A stretch of DNA of 64,000 nt from an uncultured virus (IMG/VR IMGVR_UViG_2786546710_000002) (IMGVR_UViG_2786546710_000002); one strand, 5' to 3'. Positions 31,354-41,114 are shown, numbered from the stretch's first letter. The notes: generated by a model from the letters alone, not told the origin. Made by a program: numbers and translations.

Positions 31354-31717
31354 TATCTTCTCCTTGTTTATTACTATCTTCTATATGTTCTATCACATCT
31401 TCACCCCCTTCGTCTGCCTTTCGTGCTATTTCTTCTAGTTCTTGTATACTTAATTGGTCTACGTTCTTGTGTTCAACAGAATGTTCGTTAAAACTGTGGT
31501 GTAAATCTGGCATAACTTTGTTCAACATAACACTAAACAATCTAACTTGTTGGTTAGACCAGTTTTTATTTCCTTTTAATACTTCTCTTACCTTTGGAAT
31601 ATTGTTTCTTACAACATCTAGTACTGATCTACGTACACGATCCACTTCAATAGGAGTAACTGGTGGCAAACTACCAGTCGATTTTGTTGGATTAGCATTT
31701 TTTCTGACNTTAGGCAT
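31334..31717 (-). CDS. terS: Terminase small subunit (putative)
   Basis: First gene of the late arm; LNKVMPDL and DQLSIQELEEIA motifs typical of TerS. Confidence 0.7.
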   Translation of the reverse strand: MPXVRKNANPTKSTGSLPPVTPIEVDRVRRSVLDVVRNNIPKVREVLKGNKNWSNQQVRLFSVMLNKVMPDLHHSFNEHSVEHKNVDQLSIQELEEIARKADEGGEDVIEHIEDSNKQGEDSGKKES

Positions 31718-31854
31718 AAGTTATTATAACCCTAGTTTCAAAAATTGGTAGAAAATATATTTTTACACACGATGACACACACGAATGCGATCGGCGGGAC
31801 GACCCCTACCGCCCCCTACCAAAGTTTTGACACAAAGTGTTACACGTATGTGCT

Positions 31855-31867
31855 CAACGTATTGATT
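31855..31867 (-). promoter_or_regulatory. IHF-consensus site in the putative packaging/genome-end region
   Basis: AATCAATACGTTG matches WATCAANNNNTTR. Confidence 0.45.
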
Positions 31868-32097
31868 TTACTAGGTTTTATTGCCCTCTTTAGGGACTTT
31901 TTTGGCTTGTTTTCAGACTTTAGTCTGAAGTCGTCAAAATATTGGGGTTCCTAAAGGAAAATTCAATCATTCCAAGGGTTTAGCAAAATGGTCGACCTTC
32001 CTCTAAAGAGGAAAAGGAGTAATACTAGTGGCAGTTCGATTGTTTGGTTCAATCGGATTGATTAATAACAACCACGCAACACACAAGGAGGCGTAAT

Positions 32098-32427
32098 ATG
32101 ACAAAACCAAAAACAACAAGCGTACACACGCTTACAAACGCAGACGGCAAAGCGATAAAAATCACACAGGCACTCGTGGCGGATATATTCGCAGACGTAA
32201 CCAAAAACATCGCTAATGCGGTCTTTGCCAAGGCAGAGATCACACGTAGGCTCACGAACAATCTTGCGAGAGGCAAGGCACGTGGGGCAGAGAAATGCAG
32301 AAAGAACCTTGCGAAATTGGACGCACTGGTCAATCCCGCACCTGAACCCGTACAGACGTTCGTGACACCAAAGTCGTACGCACGTATGACCAAGGCTCAG
32401 TTGATCGCTTTGTTGCAAGACAAGTAA
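32098..32427 (+). CDS. First early gene, hypothetical basic protein
   Basis: AAGGAGG RBS; locally GC-rich; followed by a terminator. Confidence 0.8.
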   Translation: MTKPKTTSVHTLTNADGKAIKITQALVADIFADVTKNIANAVFAKAEITRRLTNNLARGKARGAEKCRKNLAKLDALVNPAPEPVQTFVTPKSYARMTKAQLIALLQDK

Positions 32428-32444
32428 TCACACGTACGCAATCG

Positions 32445-32481
32445 AACCCTCACATCCGCTTGGGTGTGGGGGTTTTTTTTT
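32445..32481 (+). terminator. Rho-independent terminator
   Basis: CCCTCACATCC-gctt-GGGTGTGGGG stem followed by a T-run. Confidence 0.85.
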
Positions 32482-32541
32482 GGTCAAAACTTTTACAAGT
32501 TTGATCACTTAACCATAACCACAACCACGAAAGGGGTAACT

Positions 32542-32763
32542 ATGACTTTTAACTTCACAAACACTAACCCATACAATTCGCAGAACCACAGCGACACCAA
32601 CGTAGACGATATATGTTTCACGCTGTCAAAAGTTCTCGAAGATCAACCCAAAATGGACACTGATTTGCGATCTGAATTAGAAAGTTTAATCGCTTTACTT
32701 GACAGCGATACGTATGAACTTGTCAGAACCAAATCAATCCATTCACAACCAATCACATATTAG
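32542..32763 (+). CDS. Hypothetical early protein (73 aa)
   Basis: ATG at 32542 with AAAGGGG RBS; preferred to the GTG start that lies inside the terminator. Confidence 0.7.
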   Translation: MTFNFTNTNPYNSQNHSDTNVDDICFTLSKVLEDQPKMDTDLRSELESLIALLDSDTYELVRTKSIHSQPITY

Positions 32764-32764
32764 G

Positions 32765-32792
32765 TAGACATCTGTCTCATATGTGGTACATT
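32765..32792 (+). promoter_or_regulatory. Sigma70-like early promoter TAGACA-N16-TACATT with extended -10
   Basis: Intergenic, upstream of the AAGGAG RBS of 32819. Confidence 0.5.
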
Positions 32793-32818
32793 AATACAAA
32801 CCTTAACAAGGAGCAAAT

Positions 32819-33229
32819 ATGACTAAGAAAAAAACACCTTATACGATCGAGGGATTTATCACAGATGAAAATGGTATACCTCGCATCAAGGTCGATAAGT
32901 CTGGTGATATGCACAACCATTGGGTTGATCGTGTCAAAGACGAAAATGGAGATAGTCACGATGTATACAAACTTGGACTTCTCAAACAAAAAGACCCAAT
33001 ACAAGAGTATGATTGGGATGTGAACCCACCGCAGAAAATTTACTTTAGCAAAACCATTGATCTGATCTTGGGTTGTATCATTTGCGGAGCCATAGGACTT
33101 TTACTTGCAATGGTAATACTTGAATGGTTAGCGGGATGTGGAGAGGTTACATACTTCGCAGACGGCACGTGGATCACAAATGAATGTCTATTCCAAGATA
33201 ACAAGATTTCCCAAGGTACGTGGAAATGA
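32819..33229 (+). CDS. Hypothetical early membrane protein
   Basis: One TM segment (LILGCIICGAIGLLLAMVIL); AAGGAG RBS. Confidence 0.75.
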   Translation: MTKKKTPYTIEGFITDENGIPRIKVDKSGDMHNHWVDRVKDENGDSHDVYKLGLLKQKDPIQEYDWDVNPPQKIYFSKTIDLILGCIICGAIGLLLAMVILEWLAGCGEVTYFADGTWITNECLFQDNKISQGTWK

Positions 33230-33378
33230 TGTCAGATAAACACTTAGATATATTTGATAAATTCTTGGATGATATGACAAACTCAGTACTTACAACCAAT
33301 GATTACAAAACGATACACAAGATTTTTGATAAATACTTATCAGAAAAACAAGCAAACCAACACAAGAAAGGAGGTTAG
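33226..33378 (+). CDS. Hypothetical protein (50 aa)
   Basis: ATGA overlap with the previous gene; translated by hand. Confidence 0.6.
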   Translation: MMSDKHLDIFDKFLDDMTNSVLTTNDYKTIHKIFDKYLSEKQANQHKKGG

Positions 33379-33380
33379 AT

Positions 33381-33446
33381 ATGGGATTTGTAGAATTAGT
33401 TTTAATTCCCTTAGTTCTATACGTAGGACTAGCGATTATTTTTTAA
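33381..33446 (+). CDS. 21-aa hydrophobic peptide MGFVELVLIPLVLYVGLAIIF
   Basis: Strong AAGGAGG RBS; a single TM helix. Confidence 0.55.
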   Translation: MGFVELVLIPLVLYVGLAIIF

Positions 33447-33487
33447 CGTAAACATTAACATTAACATTAATATTAAGGAGAACGTAT

Positions 33488-33706
33488 ATGTATGACATAC
33501 ACGATACAGAAATAGCGGATTGGGTAAANAATTGTCCAACCCACAAAATCGAGGTCTTATACTCAGACGAATGTGGTATTCAACTTGTCGTAAGATTTCA
33601 CAACGAACCNGACGAAGACGAACCCAAAAAACCCAAGCTTGGCGATACTGAGACTTGGCAAAACTTCGTAAAAATTAACAACATCAAACCAATGCGTAAG
33701 AAATGA
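33488..33706 (+). CDS. Hypothetical early protein
   Basis: AAGGAG RBS; WVxNCP motif. Confidence 0.7.
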   Translation: MYDIHDTEIADWVXNCPTHKIEVLYSDECGIQLVVRFHNEXDEDEPKKPKLGDTETWQNFVKINNIKPMRKK

Positions 33707-33939
33707 TTGAACCATTCATCATTACGTTTTGGATTGAGATCAACAATATTCTACACGAAAAAAGGCTTACGAATGTTCACACAGAATGTGAGCCTATCGT
33801 GGAGAAACTCTTCGAGCTATACGAGGATAAACCTGAGAAACTTATAGCGGTCAAATGCGACACGTTTCTTTCATATAAACAAAAGCAACAATGGAGGTAC
33901 AATGGTACAACGATTGAACATCAACAAGATGTTGAATAA
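33703..33939 (+). CDS. Hypothetical early protein
   Basis: ATGA-coupled ORF. Confidence 0.65.
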   Translation: MIEPFIITFWIEINNILHEKRLTNVHTECEPIVEKLFELYEDKPEKLIAVKCDTFLSYKQKQQWRYNGTTIEHQQDVE

Positions 33940-34234
33940 TAACAAACCAAGTGGCGATAGGGACGGAAACACATACGTGATTAAGTCTGAAGATGATTTC
34001 ATAGACTTCATCAACAAGTACAAAAAAGAATGTGCATTTCTAAACCTTGAGAGCATTGAAGATTGGCAAGTTGTCAGTAAAGACGATGAAGAATCTACAA
34101 TGTGGGATGAAGAAGATGATGAGAAGTTCCCTTGTGGACACAAGCTTCTGATCAATGAGTACGAAAACAAACCTAATGTAATCGATTATCTCGAAGATAA
34201 GATTGAGAATATCGAAACATTTTACTTGTCATAA
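33902..34234 (+). CDS. Hypothetical acidic early protein
   Basis: GGAGG RBS; Asp/Glu-rich. Confidence 0.7.
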   Translation: MVQRLNINKMLNNNKPSGDRDGNTYVIKSEDDFIDFINKYKKECAFLNLESIEDWQVVSKDDEESTMWDEEDDEKFPCGHKLLINEYENKPNVIDYLEDKIENIETFYLS

Positions 34235-34245
34235 GGAGATGAATA

Positions 34246-34434
34246 ATGGCTAACAAATACACGTTCAGTGTTCCTTGTGAATACATCTATACTATCTCTG
34301 CAAATAGTGTGGAAGATGCTAAACAACTTCTCATAAAAGAGGGTGGTCTTAGCATTGACGGAAAATTATCTTTGGAAGAGGATAATTACAAACAAGCAGA
34401 ACTTTTGGGTGAGGAGGTAATTACTGATGATTAA
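34246..34434 (+). CDS. Hypothetical early protein
   Basis: AAGGAG RBS. Confidence 0.7.
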   Translation: MANKYTFSVPCEYIYTISANSVEDAKQLLIKEGGLSIDGKLSLEEDNYKQAELLGEEVITDD

Positions 34435-34615
34435 CTTCCAAATCGATAACATCCAAGGGACTTTGGAGTGGATAAAAACTTGTCCCGCAGACTATACGAT
34501 ATCGTCTATGCAAGGCGGTTTCATCCACATCAAAATTCTTGTTCCAAGTGATAGACAAATCAACTTCACTGAGAATAAGAAAACTCTGTCATTCTCTAAA
34601 GAGAATAAAGAGTAA
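34427..34615 (+). CDS. Hypothetical early protein
   Basis: GAGGAGG RBS; WIKTCP motif. Confidence 0.7.
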   Translation: MINFQIDNIQGTLEWIKTCPADYTISSMQGGFIHIKILVPSDRQINFTENKKTLSFSKENKE

Positions 34616-34679
34616 TAATGTAAGCAGTTAAAGTTTTTGACTTTGACTTAATATTAACTTAACGATGAAAGGAGGTTTT

Positions 34680-36755
34680 ATGTCAGATAACTTATACGAT
34701 AAATTGATTTCAGTTTTATCTACTGACAGAACCAACAAGAAAAGTGTACTACGTAAACTCTTTGCTTATGTATTTAATAATGCACCAAGCAAGAGACTTG
34801 GGTGGGGTCACGATAAGACGACCTTTTCCAAGCACTTGGACAAGCTTACTCTTAACGAGTTGGATAATATGTTCATAAGTATTATTCGATCCGCTATGCA
34901 GATCACTCACGATCGTGGCAATATCCAAGACGAACAAGAACATACATTGCAATTTGCGTTAGATAATCTTGTCGAAAACGCACACAAAAATCCTAAAGGT
35001 AATTTACCAAAATGGATTAAGTGTTCGTGGTGTCAAGAAGCAACCAAATTTCAAGTTCTTCTTCCATATACAAGGTACTCAACAATTACTGAACTAATTA
35101 CGATTGTTGAACAGACACCTTATTACAAGAGGTGTTCTGACCTTAAACCCTTAGAATGGAAACACGTGTGGACACACGATCCATTCGATAAAACAACTAC
35201 AATCAAACCTACGAAAGGAGTAACTATGGATAGTTTTGATGTAAATAAAACCACAGACAAGGTCATTGCCCTTGCTTGTGAACTTAGAAAAGATGACATA
35301 GATAATGGGATTTTATCACCCTCTATGGCATTGAAGTCTATTGGGAAGCCTGAGTTCGAACGTATCTACAAACAGATCGAACAATCAGACAATCTCAAAG
35401 CAGAACAAGTCGTTGCAGTGAGCAGTTCAGTATCGCTCTTTGTCAATGATTGTACAGATGAACAAGTAGACGAGATTGTACTCAAGCAATCAAATGAAAA
35501 TGCTAGTACATCTACTACAACTTCATCTGTGATACAACAGATACCAACCGCTATTGCAACTGGTATCAATGCACTGGGTCAAACACACGACACAAAGTTT
35601 GATGTCAATGCAATGCTCAAGAAGTCAAATGATTACGATGACTTGGTTGAGAAATCAAAAGAACTTGAGAATGAGGTACGTACACTCAAGACCAAGGCAA
35701 CACTTGTACCCACTGCGTTGTCTGGTGATCACGAGGTAGACGGAACGAAACTCAAGTACAAAGTCGAGATGAGGAAAGCATCAGACATCTTCAAGAACCC
35801 AAAGACCGGTAAGGCTATCGCACAACTGAAGTTCGATATACCAACTTTGGTTTGGGAAGATGATAAAGGTAATGTTGTGAAGCATCCTATGTGTCCTGAT
35901 GTAGACGAGAACTATCAATTCAGAGCAACACATTTGATCAAGTTCTTATCTGCTTTCATACTCAACAAGAACGTATGGTGTCACGGACATACGGGTACGG
36001 GTAAGACAACTCTACCTGAACAAGTCGCATCACGTATTGGTTTTCCATTGTTCCCTTTGAACTTGGATAGTCAACTTGAGAGAGCAGACTTGACCGGTCA
36101 GACAAATCTTGTGCAAGAAAATGGTACAACCATTACGAAGTTTGAAGAGGGTATACTTCCTCGTGCAATGGTACAACCTTGCTTTCTTGTATTGGATGAG
36201 ATTGATGCCGGTAAGCCAGACATATTGTTCGCAATCCAAAGAGCAACAGAGGGTAAAGGTCTATTGCTTACAGAAGACGGCGGACGATTGGTCAAACCAC
36301 ATCCATTGTTTAGGTTTGTAGCTACTGCTAACTCACGTGGTCAAGGTGATGAGACCGGTGTCTACGCAGGTGTTCGACCTATGAATGGTGCTTTGTTGAA
36401 CAGATTTCCTATGTTCATCGAGGTTGATTACATATCTCAAGAGGAAGAAACACAACTTCTAACCAAGAAGTATAGCACACCAACAGATGTAGTGAAGAAC
36501 CTTACAGAGTTTGCTAAGTTGGCACGTAAGGCATTCACAAGTGCAGAGACATCTGTTCCGGTATCTCCTAGAGATACAATGGCATTTGCTGAATACTTTG
36601 CACACTTCAGTACAATCTTGTCTACGAAGACACAAGCGATTGAGTTTGCTATGGATACTGCAATCATCTCTAGGTCTCCACAAGACAACAGACAAAGACT
36701 TGTTGAATTGGCAACAAGATGTTTTGCAGATTGTAAATTCAATTATAACCAATAG
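34680..36755 (+). CDS. cobS: CobS/MoxR-like AAA+ ATPase with a long N-terminal extension
   Basis: Walker A GHTGTGKT, Walker B LVLDEID, FEEGILPRAM, PHPLFRFVATANS and ALLNRF motifs; ATG at 34680 after GGAGG. Confidence 0.88.
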   Translation: MSDNLYDKLISVLSTDRTNKKSVLRKLFAYVFNNAPSKRLGWGHDKTTFSKHLDKLTLNELDNMFISIIRSAMQITHDRGNIQDEQEHTLQFALDNLVENAHKNPKGNLPKWIKCSWCQEATKFQVLLPYTRYSTITELITIVEQTPYYKRCSDLKPLEWKHVWTHDPFDKTTTIKPTKGVTMDSFDVNKTTDKVIALACELRKDDIDNGILSPSMALKSIGKPEFERIYKQIEQSDNLKAEQVVAVSSSVSLFVNDCTDEQVDEIVLKQSNENASTSTTTSSVIQQIPTAIATGINALGQTHDTKFDVNAMLKKSNDYDDLVEKSKELENEVRTLKTKATLVPTALSGDHEVDGTKLKYKVEMRKASDIFKNPKTGKAIAQLKFDIPTLVWEDDKGNVVKHPMCPDVDENYQFRATHLIKFLSAFILNKNVWCHGHTGTGKTTLPEQVASRIGFPLFPLNLDSQLERADLTGQTNLVQENGTTITKFEEGILPRAMVQPCFLVLDEIDAGKPDILFAIQRATEGKGLLLTEDGGRLVKPHPLFRFVATANSRGQGDETGVYAGVRPMNGALLNRFPMFIEVDYISQEEETQLLTKKYSTPTDVVKNLTEFAKLARKAFTSAETSVPVSPRDTMAFAEYFAHFSTILSTKTQAIEFAMDTAIISRSPQDNRQRLVELATRCFADCKFNYNQ

Positions 36756-36769
36756 AAAGGACTATTAAT

Positions 36770-38752
36770 ATGACGATGAACAAAGATACATTCTATCTAC
36801 CACCGGATGATCCGGATTTGGATAGAGATTACATTACCGGTCGTGACTTTCAAGAGGGTACAAAAACTGCCGTTCGTACAATCTCAAGTGACTTCGACAC
36901 CAATGTGATCTTTGCCGGTGATCAAGCGAAGACGAATGGTCACGAGGTATTTCTACCACAACAAGACTTGGACAAGATGATGACACATCGACAAGTCGAG
37001 GTTGGTCGTGGCTATGCTAATCACGAAACACTTCACAAGTTACTTACAGACTTTGATGTAGGTCAAGCTTGGATGCACGATATGACACAGAAAAATCTTG
37101 AGTTTACCAAGTCAATGGCACAAGGTCTTGAAGATGTACGTATCGAGAATGGTGGACGTATACTTTACAATGGTATTGCAAGGTCAGTTGATAAGACCGC
37201 AGAGCAAGTTTGCAGAGAGTTCAAAAAGATTGCAGACAAAGAGCCTGACATATGTAAAGACCCTTGGAAAGTTCTACCGGTTGCAGTTACGTGGATTGGT
37301 AGACACAAGCTTGGGTATCCAAGTAAAGCAATCAAACAAGCATTTGATAATCTATCGCCTGAGATACAAGAGAGGGCGAGTAAGATTGCAGATGTATGCT
37401 TGGCTATCCCACACGGAGTTGAGGGTGTTGGTCGAGTAAATCAAAAGGTTGCTTATGCCGGTCACAAACAAGTACTTGATCTTGCAGAACGAGTGTCTAA
37501 GGAACTTGCTAAAGAACAACCGCCTACTGAGTTTGCCCCGGAACCCAATGGCAAAGAGAAAGGTAAGGGTGACGGCTCGTCTACGGATAGTAACAACTCT
37601 GGTTCTGGTGCTGTTGACAGCGAAGGTAAAGCACCGAAGGAAAACACCGAGGGTTTGAAACAAGACTTGTCTACGGAGAAAGCACACGGAGCAAGTGATA
37701 GTACGTATGATACTACATTGCAAGGTGAGCCAGTGCCTTACGATCCAAACCTCAATCAAGTAATACATCACATCAACAATACTAAGAAGAAGAAAACAAG
37801 AAGTGGTGTACGTATTGATCAAGTGTTTTCAACTGAGAGTGACACGATCGAGGAACCTAAACAAACACAAGACCACACGAACAGACATCATTATCGTGCT
37901 GAGTACAATGACATCAAGAAACGTATGGGTAGTCGTATTGCAACGATGAAACGTAAGCTTGAGAAAGCATTGATTACCAAAGTAGATAGTGATTGGGAAA
38001 GTGGCACACGTGGCAGATTGAACGTACGTAATCGTGGTTTCCACATTGTAAGTGGATCACAACAGATACGTAGACAACGTGTGCAAGGCGATGATGTTGA
38101 TACCGCAGTGATGTTACTAATTGATTGTTCAGGTAGTATGTCAGGTTATCCAATGAAAGTTGCCGGAGAGAGTGCGATCTGTCTATCTGAATGTTTGAGT
38201 GCCGGACACATTCCTTACGAAGTTATTGGTCATACGACTATGCATTTCAAAGGCAGTGTTTGGAAAGAGTTCAGAGCAAGTAGACAGAGAGGTAATAGAT
38301 ACTCACGTGAGTGTGCAATCAATATGCCATTGTTCAAGCCATTCAATAAAGAACTAAGGCAATGTACTCACAATATGGGTTTCATTCCAACTGCTAGTGA
38401 CAACTCAAATGCAGATGCAGATGCAATTAGATATGCCGGTGAACGTCTACTCAAAAGACGTGAGACTAACAAGATTATGTTGGTTCTTGCTGACGGATAT
38501 CCTGCTTGGTCGTCTATGTATCGAAGAGATGTAATGGATAAGATGACAAGACAAGCAGTTGTAGATATGCAAAACAAGGGTATCAATATGGTTGGTATTG
38601 GTATCTGTACGTCTGCACCTAGACACTTCTTTGACAAACACGTTTGTATCAATGATGTAAGTGATCTATCCAAGAATGTACTTGATCAAGTAGCCAAGCT
38701 TATATTGGGTAATCGTTTCGCAGTAGATAACAGAGATGTGATTGCAGTATGA
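36770..38752 (+). CDS. cobT: CobT-like vWA-domain protein
   Basis: MIDAS LLIDCSGSM and LADGYP; N-terminal HETLH...LEDVRIE; low-complexity linker; follows the CobS-like gene. Confidence 0.85.
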   Translation: MTMNKDTFYLPPDDPDLDRDYITGRDFQEGTKTAVRTISSDFDTNVIFAGDQAKTNGHEVFLPQQDLDKMMTHRQVEVGRGYANHETLHKLLTDFDVGQAWMHDMTQKNLEFTKSMAQGLEDVRIENGGRILYNGIARSVDKTAEQVCREFKKIADKEPDICKDPWKVLPVAVTWIGRHKLGYPSKAIKQAFDNLSPEIQERASKIADVCLAIPHGVEGVGRVNQKVAYAGHKQVLDLAERVSKELAKEQPPTEFAPEPNGKEKGKGDGSSTDSNNSGSGAVDSEGKAPKENTEGLKQDLSTEKAHGASDSTYDTTLQGEPVPYDPNLNQVIHHINNTKKKKTRSGVRIDQVFSTESDTIEEPKQTQDHTNRHHYRAEYNDIKKRMGSRIATMKRKLEKALITKVDSDWESGTRGRLNVRNRGFHIVSGSQQIRRQRVQGDDVDTAVMLLIDCSGSMSGYPMKVAGESAICLSECLSAGHIPYEVIGHTTMHFKGSVWKEFRASRQRGNRYSRECAINMPLFKPFNKELRQCTHNMGFIPTASDNSNADADAIRYAGERLLKRRETNKIMLVLADGYPAWSSMYRRDVMDKMTRQAVVDMQNKGINMVGIGICTSAPRHFFDKHVCINDVSDLSKNVLDQVAKLILGNRFAVDNRDVIAV

Positions 38753-38928
38753 AGAAATCATCACGACCTACTATTCGTATTCCAAGTTGGTGGTTTGCGA
38801 TGCGACCGCATAGTGGATATGAATTTTGGATTGGGTTCGCTAAGTTTCTCAAGACCAAACGAACTCGTAATAATAACCGCACGAAAGTGCAAAAGCTTTT
38901 AAAGGAGTACCTATATGAAAGACCCTAA
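38749..38928 (+). CDS. Hypothetical basic protein (59 aa)
   Basis: ATGA overlap; translated by hand. Confidence 0.5.
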   Translation: MKKSSRPTIRIPSWWFAMRPHSGYEFWIGFAKFLKTKRTRNNNRTKVQKLLKEYLYERP

Positions 38929-39187
38929 AAAATACCCCCTCATTTATGCCCTTGAAGAACACCTATTAAATAAGGCAGAAAATGAGCCAGATTTTGCAAT
39001 GACTATTGTAACAAACCAAACGTGGGATTTGGACAATAACACTGCAAATAACACGAATTCTATTGACGGAGTAACGATGATAGAATTTCCATTGCATAAG
39101 TTTGACAACTATGATATTGTCTTACTTATGAGACAGAATGAGAATGTTGTTATGAAGACCAACGACATTGTCGGATATTATACTTAA
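38915..39187 (+). CDS. Hypothetical protein
   Basis: AAGGAG RBS. Confidence 0.7.
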   Translation: MKDPKKYPLIYALEEHLLNKAENEPDFAMTIVTNQTWDLDNNTANNTNSIDGVTMIEFPLHKFDNYDIVLLMRQNENVVMKTNDIVGYYT

Positions 39188-39206
39188 CATTAACAAGGAG
39201 AACATA

Positions 39207-39491
39207 ATGCCAAATAATATAACTTACCTTTCCAAGGAGCAGTTCATTGCTCTAAACGAAAAAGCAATTAGGCTCAAGAAAAATAGGTCTGTTGAAAGAC
39301 ACGAATACAAACGTATTTCAGATGCTAGATTGCCGGTTCTATTTCATATGTTACACAACGATGTAGAAATTAGAACACAAATTGGAGTGAGTGAAAACTC
39401 AACCGCTTGGTTGGATATGGATATCAAGGACTACAATGGTTTACCAAGTATGTCTGTAGATATTGAGAACCCTAACCAACCTATACTTTAA
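39207..39491 (+). CDS. Hypothetical protein
   Basis: ATG at 39207 after TAACAAGGAG. Confidence 0.7.
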   Translation: MPNNITYLSKEQFIALNEKAIRLKKNRSVERHEYKRISDARLPVLFHMLHNDVEIRTQIGVSENSTAWLDMDIKDYNGLPSMSVDIENPNQPIL

Positions 39492-39509
39492 CCTTAAATT
39501 GGAGACACT

Positions 39510-40091
39510 ATGACTAAAAATTATGAAGATAAAATTGCACAAGGCGAATTAGAAAAGCTTGGTGTAAAGAAAAAAGATAACTTGTTCGATATAAGTAGCG
39601 GACAAAGTGGTATTTGGGACACAACATCTGACGTAGAACCAAGTCGTTCTACATTGTTTCCCGATGTGGAGAGAGATAGAGATAAAGAAGCTGAACAAGA
39701 CTATTGGGATTTACATCCTAATGAAGTTCCAACTTGGCAGTCTACACTTGCTGATGATGATCTAACTGACATACCACAACACCTTGACAGACGTAAGTCT
39801 ATCAGAGAGACAACCAAGTTTGACAATTCAGACCTTGATTATGTAGTCGAGGACAAATGGATTGATGACATTGTCGATGAACAAGCAGTGATTAATCACA
39901 AGCAACTAGATAAAATTGTAGATGATGTTGTTAAAACTTTGGGCGATTACTTGGAAAGCAAACAGATGATATATGCTACCGGTAAAGCACCCAACAAACT
40001 AAGAAAAATAATCAAAACTTTCATCACATCACAAACGAAATACAGACGTGATGATGATTATTTATCTTACAAAAACAAAAGAGCCAAGTGA
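39510..40091 (+). CDS. Hypothetical acidic protein
   Basis: GGAG RBS; 193 aa. Confidence 0.75.
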   Translation: MTKNYEDKIAQGELEKLGVKKKDNLFDISSGQSGIWDTTSDVEPSRSTLFPDVERDRDKEAEQDYWDLHPNEVPTWQSTLADDDLTDIPQHLDRRKSIRETTKFDNSDLDYVVEDKWIDDIVDEQAVINHKQLDKIVDDVVKTLGDYLESKQMIYATGKAPNKLRKIIKTFITSQTKYRRDDDYLSYKNKRAK

Positions 40092-40447
40092 GTAAAAAGA
40101 AACTCACAAAAGCTGATGAACAATATCTAGCTTGGAAACAAGCCAAAGAACGTGCGACCAAGAACGACCAAACGAACCTTGAACGTGACGAGAAAGAAGA
40201 TAGGACACAGATAGAAACTATCTCAATCTCAAATGGACAAGGTTTTATTTGGTTGAAACCTAATGGAAAGCACGAGGTACGTGTCCACTTAGATAAAGAT
40301 GTAAAGAAACTTGGGTATACTCAATTACTTTGCATTGGATTATACAAGTGTATGGGTAATGACGAATGGACAGAAAAATTAGTCAAGCGAACATACACTT
40401 GGTTAAAAGATAAACTTAACAATGACGATGAAAAGGAGAATAAATAA
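40088..40447 (+). CDS. Hypothetical protein
   Basis: GTGA overlap with the previous gene. Confidence 0.7.
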   Translation: MSKKKLTKADEQYLAWKQAKERATKNDQTNLERDEKEDRTQIETISISNGQGFIWLKPNGKHEVRVHLDKDVKKLGYTQLLCIGLYKCMGNDEWTEKLVKRTYTWLKDKLNNDDEKENK

Positions 40448-40611
40448 TGAGTAAATGTCAAGAATGTAAATGTAATTCTGATACTACATCTAACAATGAG
40501 TTTAATAAACTTTTGTGTGATGATTGTTACACAGAATATCGACACACCTTACAAAATATGTTTGATCTAAAGGACTTGTTTGAGGTGGACGATTTATTGA
40601 GGAGGTTGTAA
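40447..40611 (+). CDS. Small zinc-finger protein (54 aa)
   Basis: CQEC...LCDDC; AAGGAG RBS; TAATG overlaps at both ends. Confidence 0.65.
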   Translation: MSKCQECKCNSDTTSNNEFNKLLCDDCYTEYRHTLQNMFDLKDLFEVDDLLRRL

Positions 40612-41114
40612 TGGATATAGCACTTACCATAAAGAAACTAGTTGAGGGTATAGGTAACACTGAACTAGATAAAATTGCTAATGTGATTGTCGATAGATAC
40701 TCACAAGTAAAAGGTATTGATTACATATTAATACCAAAAGATAAAAGCCACCACTCAACATATGTGACCGCAACAAAAAAGGTAGGTAAGAAACCTACAC
40801 GTTGGGCGAAGTCAATTACTTACGTAGACTATGATGCAAAACCTAATGGGTATGCACTCGTAGGTGAGTGGGTAAATGTGTGGGAGTTAGACAAAGCACA
40901 TACAAATGTACCGATTGTTGTAAATGTAAATGGTGAATTGTGTGTGGGTAATACCGAACCACATAGCACTGCTACCGGTGTGTATCAAGAAAATGGAAAC
41001 CACTTTAAGATAAACCATTTCAAAATGAAATTGCAGTGTGCCGGTTATCTGGAAGTGATAGAGACACTAAAGGATATGGGTGTCAAACAAAAACCAACAA
41101 CTAACAAGGAGTAA
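40611..41114 (+). CDS. Hypothetical protein
   Basis: GAGGAGG RBS. Confidence 0.75.
   Translation: MDIALTIKKLVEGIGNTELDKIANVIVDRYSQVKGIDYILIPKDKSHHSTYVTATKKVGKKPTRWAKSITYVDYDAKPNGYALVGEWVNVWELDKAHTNVPIVVNVNGELCVGNTEPHSTATGVYQENGNHFKINHFKMKLQCAGYLEVIETLKDMGVKQKPTTNKE

Noticed and set aside
1617..31751. The many plus-strand ORFs in the virion arm, and minus-strand ORFs over 32-42 kb
   Set aside because: Antisense shadows of long genes, lacking RBS and protein-like composition
31797..31802. Plus-strand GGACGA here, and copies at 17694, 26694, 40587, 43833, 53069 and 53305, as late promoters
   Set aside because: Poor or mis-spaced -10 boxes, or mid-gene positions; some may be real but I cannot support them
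34680..38752. Cobalamin-biosynthesis auxiliary metabolic genes
   Set aside because: No cobN or pathway genes, and the domain architecture is atypical
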